Assembly (NCBI GenBank): GCA_963675525.2
Contig: CAXXSL010000016.1
Coordinates: forward strand, 896,001-960,000
From: Anaerohalosphaeraceae bacterium
GTDB lineage: Bacteria; Planctomycetota; Phycisphaerae; Sedimentisphaerales; Anaerohalosphaeraceae
Direction: 5' to 3'
DNA: 64,000 nt
The position numbers and the translations under genes were made by a program. Under the pieces are notes generated by a model. The model did no database searches, was not told where the DNA came from, and saw nothing but the letters and a program-made list of their open reading frames with translations. Positions 41,811 through 52,417 of this stretch are shown piece after piece. Positions within the stretch are counted from its first letter, which is position 1; the number at the start of each line of letters is the position of its first letter.

Positions 41811-42719
41811 TTAAAAATGCTTGTTTTCGGGTTGCATGCTGACATTCATCGGGGGCGCAGTGCCGTCTTTATCCCGCCCCATATACAGTGTCGTATGCGG
41901 GAACGGGATTTCGATGCCCAGTTCGTCGAACTTTTTCTTCAGCCGGCGGTTGAACTCACGCGCGACGGCCCATTGGCGGATGGGTTTAGTTTTGGTGCGT
42001 GCTTTAATGATAACCGCCGAATCGGCGAATTGATCCAGCCCCAGGATCTCAATGGGTTCGAGAATGTCATATTTGTAGCCGGAATCATTTCGGAGGTCTT
42101 CGTCGACCAGCTTGATGACCTTGATGACCTCGTCCACATTTTCACGGTAGGCCACACCGATATCAAAGACATACCGTGAATATTCCTTGGTCATATTGGT
42201 CACCACATTGATTTCCCCGTTTCGAACAAAATGGACATTGCCCGCCAAATCCCGCAGGGTAATCATCCGCAGGTTGACATTCTCCACCAGTCCGCCTTTG
42301 TCGGCGATCTGGACCACGTCACCGACACGGATCTGGTCGTCCAGTAAAATAAAGAAACCCTGAATGATGTCTTTGACTAATTGCTGGGCGCCGAAACCGA
42401 TGGCGATGCCCACGACACCCGCCGCGGCCAGAATCGGCCCGATTTCAATACCGATTTCCTTCAGAACCATTAGTACGGCAACAATCACAATGGTCATGTT
42501 CAGCATATTTCGAGAAACCGACTTGAGCGTATCGGACCGCTTCTGAATCTCAACGTCGTCTTTATGATTTCTGAACAATTTATGAAAAAGACGGTCCATC
42601 AGGATTTGACAGGCTTTGATGGTAACGAGGGTCAAAATTAAAATAAGAAAAATGCGAAGACCGCTGGAAATTATCCACTCACCGGATTCCTGTAAAACTT
42701 TTTGGAAATCAAAACTCAC
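41811..42719 (-). CDS. Small-conductance mechanosensitive channel (MscS/YbiO-like)
   Basis: GIAIGFGAQ.LVKD, RVGD, GIEIPFP. Confidence 0.92.
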   Translation of the reverse strand: MSFDFQKVLQESGEWIISSGLRIFLILILTLVTIKACQILMDRLFHKLFRNHKDDVEIQKRSDTLKSVSRNMLNMTIVIVAVLMVLKEIGIEIGPILAAAGVVGIAIGFGAQQLVKDIIQGFFILLDDQIRVGDVVQIADKGGLVENVNLRMITLRDLAGNVHFVRNGEINVVTNMTKEYSRYVFDIGVAYRENVDEVIKVIKLVDEDLRNDSGYKYDILEPIEILGLDQFADSAVIIKARTKTKPIRQWAVAREFNRRLKKKFDELGIEIPFPHTTLYMGRDKDGTAPPMNVSMQPENKHF

Positions 42720-42736
42720 TGTTCATTCCTTTCTGA

Positions 42737-44248
42737 TTATAAATACACTTTATCCATCAGCCGCGGGAAAGCGATGCACTGGCGGATATGCTTTTCGCCG
42801 GTGACCCAGGCGACCGTGCGCTCAACGCCGAGTCCGAATCCGCCGTGCGGGACCGAGCCGTATTTTCGAAGGTCCAGATACCACTGGTAATGTTCGGGGT
42901 CGTAGCCTTCTTCATGGACGCGGGCAAGCAATCTTTCGTGATCGTCTTCGCGCACGGAGCCGCCGATGATCTCGCCGAAGCCGGCGGAGGCCAGCAGGTC
43001 AAAGTTTTCCACGACGTTTTCATTCGTACGGTCCTGTTTCATATAAAAGGCCTTGGCCGCCCGGGGATAATGCGTGACAAAAACAGGGCGGTCGTGCATC
43101 AACGAGATGATGGTTTCGTCGGAACCTCCCAAATCTTTTCCCCAGCGAAATTCCGCGGCCAATTGGGCGTGTTTAGGATTATTTTCGATCTTGATGTTTA
43201 ACTCGTCCAGTTCGCTGCGGACTTGGAGCATCCGGCGGGTGTTTTTGTCCTGCTGCCACTTTTTCAAACGGCCCTTGGACTGCGCCGCTTCGATGTCGGC
43301 CAGTTCCTGCTCAAGTTTTTTCTTGTCAACCTGAAATTCATCGAGCTGCTTTGCCATAAATTCCTTCGTTCTGTCACTGGTCAAAATGTCCGCCACCTCG
43401 GTATAGGTCAGCCGGACAAACGGTTTTTGTATCGCTTCCAGCGCGGTGATGTCTGCCTCTAATGTTTCCAGCTCCGAACGATTGTCTTTCAACACACGCT
43501 GAATGATTGAATGGACAAAATTCTCCGCCAGAGACAACAGGCCTTCCAGGTCAATATAGGCCACTTCCGGCTCGACCATCCAGAATTCCGTCAGGTGACG
43601 GCGGGTTTTGCTTTTTTCCGCGCGAAAAGTCGGTCCGAAACAATACACCTTGCCGAAACTCATGGCCGCCGATTCCAGGTACAACTGTCCCGTCTGCGCC
43701 AAATGCAAAGGCTGGCCGAAGTAGTCCACTTCGAACAAAGTTTGCTCGCCTTCACCGGCAATCGTCGTGAAGATCGGCGTATCCACCAGCGTAAATCCGT
43801 TGTCATTGAAAAACCGGCGGATCGTGTCAATTACTGTATGCCGAATCCGGCCGATGCACCACGGTCTCAAACTTCGCAAATGCAGGTGCCGGTTTTTCAG
43901 CAGAAAATCGATCCCGTGTTCCTTCGGGGTAATCGGATAATCCACCGCACCGCAGTGGATGTCCGCACTTGTTACCGCCAGTTCCACACCGCCCGGGGAA
44001 CGTTCTTCCTGACGCACCAAACCTGTTACCGACAGCGATGACTCCTGCCCCAGATGCTTGATTTGCTCAAACAGGTCTTCGCCGATAGTGTCTTTTTCGA
44101 TGACACACTGACACAGCCCCGTGCCGTCACGCAGAACCAGGAACTGCACTTTGCCGCTGGGACGGTTTGTATACAGCCACCCGCTTAAGGTTGCGTCCTT
44201 TCCAACAAACGTCTTTAATTGGTCAATTGAAGTTTTCATCTGCATCAC
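42737..44248 (-). CDS. asnS: Asparagine--tRNA ligase with an internal helical insertion
   Basis: LRDGTG, FGPTFRAEKSKTRRHLTEFWM, GEIIGGS, GFGLGVER. Confidence 0.95.
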   Translation of the reverse strand: MMQMKTSIDQLKTFVGKDATLSGWLYTNRPSGKVQFLVLRDGTGLCQCVIEKDTIGEDLFEQIKHLGQESSLSVTGLVRQEERSPGGVELAVTSADIHCGAVDYPITPKEHGIDFLLKNRHLHLRSLRPWCIGRIRHTVIDTIRRFFNDNGFTLVDTPIFTTIAGEGEQTLFEVDYFGQPLHLAQTGQLYLESAAMSFGKVYCFGPTFRAEKSKTRRHLTEFWMVEPEVAYIDLEGLLSLAENFVHSIIQRVLKDNRSELETLEADITALEAIQKPFVRLTYTEVADILTSDRTKEFMAKQLDEFQVDKKKLEQELADIEAAQSKGRLKKWQQDKNTRRMLQVRSELDELNIKIENNPKHAQLAAEFRWGKDLGGSDETIISLMHDRPVFVTHYPRAAKAFYMKQDRTNENVVENFDLLASAGFGEIIGGSVREDDHERLLARVHEEGYDPEHYQWYLDLRKYGSVPHGGFGLGVERTVAWVTGEKHIRQCIAFPRLMDKVYL

Positions 44249-44535
44249 TTTCCCTGAAAAAATTTTTATGCTTCGTAAAAACGATTAAATTGAGTGGCAT
44301 TGCTTCTCCCGGCGCGCCGGGAAAGCGATGGATAAACCGGACAACACCATGCCTTTCGCCTCCAGCGAGAAGGCATGCCACCCGACACAAACATCTTTAC
44401 AGAGCAAAAACTTATGTCGTGAGCATAGAATACCACGAATGTTTGAAGAACGCAAGGGCGCAAGCCCTGCGAATAGAACATTAAAACCTGACCTGCGATT
44501 TTCGCACGGCTGGCGCCGTAGCGTTTTCATGGATG

Positions 44536-46149
44536 TCAATTGTCCATCGAGGATGTTTGTTTTACCTTGACCGCCTCATCAAAATCGTCCGTGTCCTCTC
44601 GCGGCCAGAATACGATGTCATCTTTGTTTTCTGCCGGAATATTCATTCCGTTATCGTCGATGCCGTTTGGGCCGAGACTGTAAATCCCAAAGCCGTCTCC
44701 GACTTGCTGGTAAGCGAACGGCTTGCCGTGGACCGGGTCGGTCAAAATATCTGTCCCGACCGCCAGTTCGTTCAGTTCCTCGGGCCAGCGGTTGTGCTCA
44801 AGCTGATAGTGCTTCAACCCCACAAATATCTGCATCAGGTTTTCCAGTGCATCGTGGCGTTTGTCCTGTCCGTCCAGCGCCCAGAACCACTTGACCTGCT
44901 GCATCGCCTGCCAGTCCACAGGTGTCCGGCAGTTCCATCCCATCTGCCAGATGTGCTGGGGCGCAATATATTCCTGCACGTGGCCCTTTTGCGTCTGGAG
45001 TGAATAATAATCAAACCGCTTGTCGATCAGGTCCGCCATCCCGTCCGGTGTAAACGGCAGACTCAGCCGCAGTCCGATCACTGCCAGCCGGTTCATTTCA
45101 GGCTCTTTCAAAAACAGCCGCCGGGGCCGAAAGCCCAGGCCTTCCTGCATGGCGTGTATGGCTTGGCGCGTAATGCGTATGCGGCCGTCGTTATTAACTT
45201 CGTAAAACACCCCTGCGATATTTTTGACCATCAGTTTTTCCCGTTCGACGATCGCCTGCCAGCTCTTGGCCCAGCCGCTGTCCAGTTCCAGAAACGCTGC
45301 TTGAATGGTTTCCAGTGTTGCCGGGTCATTGCAATGCTCAATAATGGTTCTTTCCAGTGCCCGACTGGCCAGCAGTTCGATATGAAACGCCCCCGTCTGG
45401 TCAAACAGACTTTGCTGGCTATACAGGTGCTGGGCAATGCGCACCACGGCCAATTGTTTTTCCAAAGCCTGCTCAAAACGTCCTTCGCCCAGATCCAGAT
45501 TGGCCGAACGCAGCAGCAGGCGCGCCCAGCCTTTTAGTTGGTTGATCCGCTTTTGCTGTGCCTGCATTGCCTTGAGATCGTGAACAATCGCAAACCGGCA
45601 TCGGTCCATCTTGCTGGTTTCCAGAAGCTGAGCAATCCCCTCATCGAATGTTTTCAGCCAAAGCGCCAGCTTCGGGTACTCCTGGCTGCGCCACGGTCCG
45701 TTAAAGGTCGCATCCTCACCTTGCCGGCTCATGAAATGATAGCCGAAGACACTTTCACCGTAATCGGCCAGAACCTGCTCGTACTGCATCGCGGCATTAT
45801 CATCCGGGGCCATCTGCCAGTCGGCGCTGAGGACCTCGCGTTCCGTCTCAAACTGGTAAGCGTGCCAGTCACTGCGGCTCTGGCCGGGCAGTTGAATCCA
45901 GATATAGATTCCTATGAAACCGGCCAGCGGCAGCAGCCACACCCATACTAGTAGTTTTCGAGGGACCGTGATTCCCAGCACCGGCACCAGTGCCAGCACC
46001 GTCGTGACCTTCCACGGCAGTTTCCGCGTGATTGCCAGCAGCAGGACCGCAATTAATAGAAAAAGACTGACAAACCGCAGGAACCACAAAAATCCCTGCC
46101 GCACCTTAAAGGCCGTCTGTCTGAATTGTTGTAAAGCCTCTCGGTCCAT
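44536..46149 (-). CDS. Membrane-anchored hypothetical protein with a GspG/pilin-like C-terminus
   Basis: 3 N-terminal TM; WPEEL..L..DP..GKPF.Y..YSLGPNGIDD. Confidence 0.65.
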   Translation of the reverse strand: MDREALQQFRQTAFKVRQGFLWFLRFVSLFLLIAVLLLAITRKLPWKVTTVLALVPVLGITVPRKLLVWVWLLPLAGFIGIYIWIQLPGQSRSDWHAYQFETEREVLSADWQMAPDDNAAMQYEQVLADYGESVFGYHFMSRQGEDATFNGPWRSQEYPKLALWLKTFDEGIAQLLETSKMDRCRFAIVHDLKAMQAQQKRINQLKGWARLLLRSANLDLGEGRFEQALEKQLAVVRIAQHLYSQQSLFDQTGAFHIELLASRALERTIIEHCNDPATLETIQAAFLELDSGWAKSWQAIVEREKLMVKNIAGVFYEVNNDGRIRITRQAIHAMQEGLGFRPRRLFLKEPEMNRLAVIGLRLSLPFTPDGMADLIDKRFDYYSLQTQKGHVQEYIAPQHIWQMGWNCRTPVDWQAMQQVKWFWALDGQDKRHDALENLMQIFVGLKHYQLEHNRWPEELNELAVGTDILTDPVHGKPFAYQQVGDGFGIYSLGPNGIDDNGMNIPAENKDDIVFWPREDTDDFDEAVKVKQTSSMDN

Positions 46150-46176
46150 TTGATTCGTCTCACTGTGAACTTATTT

Positions 46177-46635
46177 TTATTCCATACGAATTTTTACGAC
46201 GATTTTTTTAACGCGTTCAGCTTTTTCCGTGATGAGTTGCGGCATGTGCGGTTCGTTTGGCCAGAAAATTGCGAACATGCCGGCCTTTAGAATCAGTCGG
46301 CTCATTGACGGCGTTGCCTCATAAAAGGCGCGGTCTTTTTCGCCGTCATAAGGTGCTTGTTCGACTAAACCGGCCAGCGGTGCCACAGCGATGCATTCAC
46401 AGCCGGAAACAATAAACTGAATATCCATGTATTTGTGATGGATCTCCAGCCGGCCTTCGTCAAACGGCTTGGTTTCATATTCGTCAACGATATAAAAAAT
46501 GTCGTCGCCATCAACCTCATATTTACCCGCCGCTGCTTCGCGAACACTTTCCTCGTTCAGCAGCGCCAGTCCGATCGCAATCTTCCGCCCCAATCCCCCA
46601 TACAACAACGCATTATTAAGTTGATCGAGTATCAT
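46177..46635 (-). CDS. YhcH/YjgK/YiaL family protein
   Basis: E.H.KYMDIQ, G.FAIFWP.E.H.P, KIVVK. Confidence 0.9.
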   Translation of the reverse strand: MILDQLNNALLYGGLGRKIAIGLALLNEESVREAAAGKYEVDGDDIFYIVDEYETKPFDEGRLEIHHKYMDIQFIVSGCECIAVAPLAGLVEQAPYDGEKDRAFYEATPSMSRLILKAGMFAIFWPNEPHMPQLITEKAERVKKIVVKIRME

Positions 46636-46652
46636 TGATTCATTCCTTTTGA

Positions 46653-47288
46653 TTAATTATAATATAAATACAACGCTTCATTTGTGTTTGGGTCATGTAT
46701 TATATATTCAGAAAAATATTCTTCTCGATCATCCATGACAAATGCTTCTGCGTTTTCAAAAGAGCCCAGTCTAAACCGTGGTCTATCAATCGAGATTGAA
46801 AAACTATTTGAGCTATTTGATGGTGTTAGTTCATATCTTACTACACTACTTAGTTGTTGAACCGTTATTGACGCAGGAATTAATTTTTTGCTTTGAATAA
46901 TTTTGTTCAGGTCATCCCTATTGATGTTGAATTTGACATAATGTGAACAATCAGAGGGCCCGTCTATGGAAGAGGCACTTTTTAGATTACTAACGGACTC
47001 CGGGATTGGATTTGAAATAAGTCTCTTAAAAAGAATCGGAGCAGGAGGGTAATAAGTAAGCCAGAAAATTAAAAATATTACCACAATAGAAAAAATTCTG
47101 GCAACAATCTCGGATCGTTTTTCTTTGTTTGGGAATAATAAATTCAGGACTAAATTGATAAGAACATATAAAGGAATGCCAATGACGATACCATATACAA
47201 ATGCCAAGATATAACCGGGGCCACTATCTCGAAAAAAGACTGCACATAATATTCCAGCTAAAATGATCTGGCCATAATGCTTTTTCAT
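46653..47288 (-). CDS. AT-rich hypothetical membrane protein
   Basis: Open frame with RBS GAAGGA and three hydrophobic segments. Confidence 0.6.
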   Translation of the reverse strand: MKKHYGQIILAGILCAVFFRDSGPGYILAFVYGIVIGIPLYVLINLVLNLLFPNKEKRSEIVARIFSIVVIFLIFWLTYYPPAPILFKRLISNPIPESVSNLKSASSIDGPSDCSHYVKFNINRDDLNKIIQSKKLIPASITVQQLSSVVRYELTPSNSSNSFSISIDRPRFRLGSFENAEAFVMDDREEYFSEYIIHDPNTNEALYLYYN

Positions 47289-47434
47289 TAATATCCTTCT
47301 GTTACATTCACCCGATAAAAATAGAGCAAACAAGAGTGCGGCGGCGCAAACCGTTCGATACTTGATGTTGCTTCATCGGGCGACTCACGTCGCCGCGCTT
47401 TTATTAAAAATTCCGTGCAAATCCGCGGTTGAAA

Positions 47435-48913
47435 CTACAAATCCAGTTTTTCTCGGAGGTAAGTTTTTATCTGGTCGATGTTGATCCGGGTTTGCTCCAT
47501 GCTGTCTCTTTCGCGGACGGTGACGGTGTTGTCTTCCTTTGTCTGGCCGTCGATGGTCAAACAGTAGGGCGTGCCCGCCTCATCCTGTCGGCGGTAGCGT
47601 CGTCCGACCGCACCCTTCTGGTCATAGAATGTCGCAAAGCTGCCTTTCAAATCATCATACAGCTTCGTCGCGATTTCCGGCATGCCGTCCTTTTTTACCA
47701 GCGGGAACACCGCCGCCTTGATCGGGGCCAAATGCGGATGAAATCGCAGCACACTTCGCGTGTCGCCCTTGACCTCTTCCTCGTCGTACGCATCGACCAA
47801 AAACGCCAGCGTACTGCGGTCCACGCCTGCCGACGGTTCAATGACGTACGGAATGTACCGCTCCTTGGCCTCTTCATCGAAGAACGACAGCGGCCCCTTG
47901 TGGTATTCGGGGTTTTCATCTTTAAGCGAAATTTTCAGCAGATCGCCTTTATTCTCGTACCAGTCGTTCATCGTTTTCATCCCGCGCTGATGCTGCCGCA
48001 GGTCGTAGTCCGTTCGGTTGGCCACGCCTTCCAGTTCCTGCCAGTCACCCTGACCGAACGGGAACTTGTATTCGACATCCACGCACGCCTTGGCATAGTG
48101 CGCCAATTCGTCCGGGTCGTGGTCGCGAAACCGCAGGTTCTCTTTGCGGATACCGAGATTCAGATACCAGTTGAACCGCTGCTGTTTCCAGTGTTCGTAC
48201 CATTCTTCATCCGTTCCCGGCTTGCAGAAAAATTCCAATTCCGCCTGCTCAAATTCGCGCGTGCGGAAAATAAACGCCTTCGTCGTGACTTCATTGCGGA
48301 AGGATTTACCAATTTGCCCAATGCCGAAGGGGATTTTCACGCGCGTCGAGTCCAGCACATTGCGGAAATTGGCAAAGATGCCCTGTGCCGTTTCCGGCCG
48401 CAGGTACAGCGTCATCTGGTCGTCGGCGTTGGCCCCCATCTGCGTTTCGAACATCAGCTTAAATGCCATCGGTTCACCAAACTGGCCGACGGTTTGACAC
48501 GCCGGACACACCTTATTCGACAGGTCGTGTGCCTTGCCCGCCTCGGTCTCGATGTTGACGTGTTCGGTATGCTCGTCGGCGCCACCGTCGGTTTTGTCCT
48601 GCAGATGATCCACACGGGTGCGGGTGTTGCACTTCTTGCAGACCGTCACCAAATCGGCGAATTTGTCGGCGTGGCCGGAGGATTTCCACACCATCGGATG
48701 CATTAAAATCGAGCAGTCCAGCCCCACCACGTCGTCCCGCATCTGCACGACCGCCTTCCACCAGGCATTGCGGACGTTGCGTTTGAGCTCCGCGCCCAGC
48801 GGGCCGTAATCGTAGCAGGATGCCAAGCCGCCGTAAATCTCGCTGGATTGATAAATAAATCCCCGCCGCTTGCACAGCGACACAATATCGTCAAGTTTCG
48901 CCAATTTTGCCAT
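47435..48913 (-). CDS. glyQS: Glycine--tRNA ligase (homodimeric type)
   Basis: SSEIYGG, YLRPETAQGIF, GKSFRNE, PYVIEPSAG, GRRYRRQDE. Confidence 0.96.
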   Translation of the reverse strand: MAKLAKLDDIVSLCKRRGFIYQSSEIYGGLASCYDYGPLGAELKRNVRNAWWKAVVQMRDDVVGLDCSILMHPMVWKSSGHADKFADLVTVCKKCNTRTRVDHLQDKTDGGADEHTEHVNIETEAGKAHDLSNKVCPACQTVGQFGEPMAFKLMFETQMGANADDQMTLYLRPETAQGIFANFRNVLDSTRVKIPFGIGQIGKSFRNEVTTKAFIFRTREFEQAELEFFCKPGTDEEWYEHWKQQRFNWYLNLGIRKENLRFRDHDPDELAHYAKACVDVEYKFPFGQGDWQELEGVANRTDYDLRQHQRGMKTMNDWYENKGDLLKISLKDENPEYHKGPLSFFDEEAKERYIPYVIEPSAGVDRSTLAFLVDAYDEEEVKGDTRSVLRFHPHLAPIKAAVFPLVKKDGMPEIATKLYDDLKGSFATFYDQKGAVGRRYRRQDEAGTPYCLTIDGQTKEDNTVTVRERDSMEQTRINIDQIKTYLREKLDL

Positions 48914-49021
48914 CTATCTGTTCCTTATATCAATTGTTCCGGTTTTCGGGATATCAGGCGGATCAGTATACACAAATTAGTGAAAAATACAAGTTTGAAC
49001 CTTTTAGAAGCGTTTTTTGGC

Positions 49022-49048
49022 TGAAACAGGAAAAATATTTGCCGATAA
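49022..49048 (+). promoter_or_regulatory. Possible sigma28-like promoter
   Basis: TGAA-N15-GCCGATAA. Confidence 0.35.
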
Positions 49049-49229
49049 CCGATGAAAATGATATGATTATAAAGAATTCTGAAGAATAACAGCAAAGGAG
49101 GAACTGCTGCCGTGAGAGCGAGAGGACAATTTCGGCTTTGGGGGGGCCGCCTGTCTGGTGTTGCGCATTTGAATCTTCTTTATGCAATCGACCTATTTCA
49201 AGTTTACACCCGGTTCAGGAGCGACTTGC

Positions 49230-50816
49230 ATGGATAATACGGCTACATTTACAGGAAACACGCAAAAAGTTGTTCGTTTTCGATGTACAGGGTGTAATAC
49301 TTCCTTGAAGGCGCCGGGATATTATGCGGGCAAAAAAGTCAAATGTGCCAAGTGCTCACAATCGCTGCAGGTACCGGCTTTGCAGGAAGTCCAGAAAGTG
49401 GTTCAGGATTTGAATTCTGTGATCTGTATTTGCGCCTCCTGCAAACATGTCTTTAAAAAAGCACTGGCCGAGCCGGATCATCGAATTGAATGTCCGGATT
49501 GCGGTTATGTTTTTGATGTGACCAGTGAGGTCGGACAGGTCAGTACTGATGATATTCTGCGTTTCCAGTGCGATTTTTGCCGGCAGAACTTTTGCGTTCT
49601 GTCGAAATATGCCGGCAAGAAGTTCCGGTGTTTGAATTGCCGGGACTTTCTGGTGATCCCAAAAGTGTCCACCAATCAGCTTGAACTGGTCAATCCGAAA
49701 TTGCTTGAAAGCTCCGGCAATGAAGATGCAAACCGCGATGGAGCACCTGTGTATCAACTTAAGCAAGAGGATGATGAGCCGGACGTTTTGCCGCCGCAGG
49801 AATTTGATATGAACCAGCTTCAACCGGCGACAACCTCTCGTCGAGGTAAAAAAAAGACAAAAGCTCAGGACGTTTCCGTCATGTCCAAATTGAAGATACC
49901 TCTGATCGCGGTGGCAGGGGTTCTTGGATTTTTGATCGGTTTTTTAGTTGTCAGCAGTTTATTCAAAGGTTCTGCTGAGAAGGAAGCGGTCCCGGTCCAG
50001 GTTCCGGAAGCGATTGCAATGGCTGAAGAGATCATTACGCAGCTTCATCAGATGAAGATCGATGAAGTGGCGGACATTTTTTCGGACGAGGTGATGGTCG
50101 ATGCCGGTTTGGTGCGGGAGTTGGCGTACTCGGTAAGCCTGGGCACGATCGATAAGATCGATTCGACCGTCACGTTTTCCCGCATTGAGGAAGGCGCTGC
50201 CGGTTATATTGTTGAGTCGGCTGTAACCTATGCCGGGCAATTTACGCGTACGTTACAGTCGGGATTTGTTATGGGGGAGCAAATAGTTCCGGATGATGAG
50301 GGCTATTATGATAACCAGGCGTATCGTTCATTAATGAGTCTGGCTGTTCTGGATTCAGATGGGACGGAATTGAACGCAATCGGTGAAACGACAGATTATC
50401 TGATTACGAAACTGAATACCTTTGTGGACGAAAACAGCACAATTTCAGCCGAAGCCTTGGGGATGTTTAGCTGTGGATTCATGTTTGGTTTGCTGTGTGT
50501 TCTTTTGCTTGTGCTTATATGCCAGGCAATGGTCTTCAGTAAGGCCGGCGAGCCCGGCTGGGGGGCTTTTGTACCAATCTATAACGTTGTCATTATGGCT
50601 CGAATTGCCGGTGAATCTGAAGCAAAGGGGCTGTTTTGTGTCTTTTCCGGATTTATTCCTTTTGTTGGGGGCTTCATTCAGACGTGGCTGATGATTACCT
50701 TTTCGATCGGGATAGCAAATAATTTCGGAAAAGGAACGCTCTTCGGCTTGGGATTGGCTTTTCTGCCGTTTATCTTCTATCCTATCCTTGCTTTCTCCGG
50801 CGGGTCCTATGATTGA
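49230..50816 (+). CDS. Membrane protein with three N-terminal zinc ribbons and a DUF5684-like C-terminal TM region
   Basis: Six CxxC motifs; central TM; FSKAGEPGW..FVPIYN, FGKG..F..GL. Confidence 0.72.
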   Translation: MDNTATFTGNTQKVVRFRCTGCNTSLKAPGYYAGKKVKCAKCSQSLQVPALQEVQKVVQDLNSVICICASCKHVFKKALAEPDHRIECPDCGYVFDVTSEVGQVSTDDILRFQCDFCRQNFCVLSKYAGKKFRCLNCRDFLVIPKVSTNQLELVNPKLLESSGNEDANRDGAPVYQLKQEDDEPDVLPPQEFDMNQLQPATTSRRGKKKTKAQDVSVMSKLKIPLIAVAGVLGFLIGFLVVSSLFKGSAEKEAVPVQVPEAIAMAEEIITQLHQMKIDEVADIFSDEVMVDAGLVRELAYSVSLGTIDKIDSTVTFSRIEEGAAGYIVESAVTYAGQFTRTLQSGFVMGEQIVPDDEGYYDNQAYRSLMSLAVLDSDGTELNAIGETTDYLITKLNTFVDENSTISAEALGMFSCGFMFGLLCVLLLVLICQAMVFSKAGEPGWGAFVPIYNVVIMARIAGESEAKGLFCVFSGFIPFVGGFIQTWLMITFSIGIANNFGKGTLFGLGLAFLPFIFYPILAFSGGSYD

Positions 50817-50882
50817 GATGGCCGATCAATTATGAACACGGATTTTCAGTATAAAATTTGAACTCAGGAAGGAATTGTAAAA

Positions 50883-51317
50883 ATGGAGATGCAACCGGCG
50901 GTTTTGGATTCTGATCAGCAGCATTTACGGCTGCTCTCTATTTTTCATTACGTGGCAGGAGGGCTCTTATATCTGTTTGGATTCTTTCCGATCATTCATT
51001 TATTGATGGGCATCTTGATGCTGAGCGGTGTGATGGATTCTGAAAATCAGCCAGATGAGGCAATGCTGCGTGTTATGGGGTGTTTCTTTTTGATTTTCCC
51101 ACTTCTGTTTATGATGGCAGCATGGACACTGGCGACACTGATCATTGTAAGCGGCCGCAAGCTGGCCAGGCGAGTATCCTATACCTTTTGCCTTGTTATT
51201 GCCGGGATCGAATGCGTCTTTATGCCGTTTGGGACCGTACTGGGGATTTTCACGATCATTGTTTTGTGCAGGCCCAGCGTCAAGGAGATATTTGTGCAAA
51301 AGAAAAGTGCGGCTTAA
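50883..51317 (+). CDS. Conserved membrane protein
   Basis: HLRLLSIFHY, PFGTVLGIFTIIVL.RPSVK.IF; RBS GGAAGGA. Confidence 0.75.
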   Translation: MEMQPAVLDSDQQHLRLLSIFHYVAGGLLYLFGFFPIIHLLMGILMLSGVMDSENQPDEAMLRVMGCFFLIFPLLFMMAAWTLATLIIVSGRKLARRVSYTFCLVIAGIECVFMPFGTVLGIFTIIVLCRPSVKEIFVQKKSAA

Positions 51318-52417
51318 GGGACCAGAAAGATATCATCAGGCTCTTTGGGCATTTCTTTACCGCCGTAAGTATTTACGCCGTAAATGGTGTAGATATCATC
51401 ACCTTTGATAACGCGAGCCTTGACCCACTCGACACTCTCATCACAACGCAGGATATTCTGACCCTTGCCGCAGTGACTCGAACTAAGCATCTGCTTGAGC
51501 TGATCATTGAGAAGGATTTTTTCAAATTCATTCAATTGTTCGTAGTTGTTTTGTCCGGAAGGGATATCCTTGAAGACGGGATTCAGGTCAGCGGCAATAA
51601 TTTTCCGGCGGCGCTGCATGGTGTCGGCATTTTTATCGCAGAAAAGCATAAAACTGTAGCTGATATTGTTGCGGGAAGGAAAATCAACGAAACCGCCCAT
51701 TTTGACGGGGTCGTACTGTACGGGGCTGGCACCGATGTTGCCTCTGCATACAAAGACCTTGCCCTTGACATAGCCCTGTTTGACGAGTTGCCAGGGATAA
51801 CGCGTATTCGAGTGTGAATCAGAACCCTGATAACCGATCTTCCACCAGGGAGCCCCGGCCTGAACTCTGGATTCGGCAATTTTGTCTTGATCGTCATTGG
51901 CAAATGCTGAAAAGGCCCGGCCGATGTCTTTGAAGTTGTTCGTGCAGGCAACTTGGCGGCTGTGCTGCCGCATGGCTCCGGCTGTAGGGAACAAGACACT
52001 GAAGATGAGAACAATCGCTGCGGCGGTTGCCAATAACTCTCCGACGCGGTGATGGAATTTAAGATTGCCGGTTGTCTGGGATTCTTGAGGTTTACGTAAA
52101 GGTTCTTCGAATGAAACAGGATGATTCGCTTGTTGCTCTTTTTCGAGTAATTCGTGGAGGCGGGAGGGCTTATTCTGCTTTTTCACGGATGCGGCCAGCT
52201 TCAGACGGGCGATTGTCAAATCGACCAGATTATCGGGGCAGGGTTCGTATTTTATGCTGTCCAAATCGGTGAGCGTTTCTTCTAGTTTAGCATAAAGCTT
52301 TGCCGCTCCGGGGTTTGCGGCGATTAAATCCCGTCCGTTATCAATGTCGTTTTCTTGCCCGCAACGAAAGTAAAAGTCTAAAACTAGTTCTTGTTCTTCA
52401 TGACTCAAATGGTTCAT
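51314..52417 (-). CDS. Putative anti-sigma factor with a DUF1559/pilin-like extracytoplasmic domain
   Basis: ATGA-coupled to the ECF sigma; single TM; C.NN.K.IG.A and H..KGQNIL.CD.SVEW. Confidence 0.7.
   Translation of the reverse strand: MNHLSHEEQELVLDFYFRCGQENDIDNGRDLIAANPGAAKLYAKLEETLTDLDSIKYEPCPDNLVDLTIARLKLAASVKKQNKPSRLHELLEKEQQANHPVSFEEPLRKPQESQTTGNLKFHHRVGELLATAAAIVLIFSVLFPTAGAMRQHSRQVACTNNFKDIGRAFSAFANDDQDKIAESRVQAGAPWWKIGYQGSDSHSNTRYPWQLVKQGYVKGKVFVCRGNIGASPVQYDPVKMGGFVDFPSRNNISYSFMLFCDKNADTMQRRRKIIAADLNPVFKDIPSGQNNYEQLNEFEKILLNDQLKQMLSSSHCGKGQNILRCDESVEWVKARVIKGDDIYTIYGVNTYGGKEMPKEPDDIFLVP

Noticed and set aside
44290..44385. Twin hairpins upstream of asnS, considered as a T-box or attenuator
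   Set aside because: No T-box consensus or Asn-rich leader was seen; it looks like a REP-type element
49090..49190. Fold-back in the leader of the zinc-ribbon gene, considered as a riboswitch or SRP RNA
   Set aside because: The ends pair loosely, but no conserved c-di-GMP, SAM, glycine or SRP motifs were recognised
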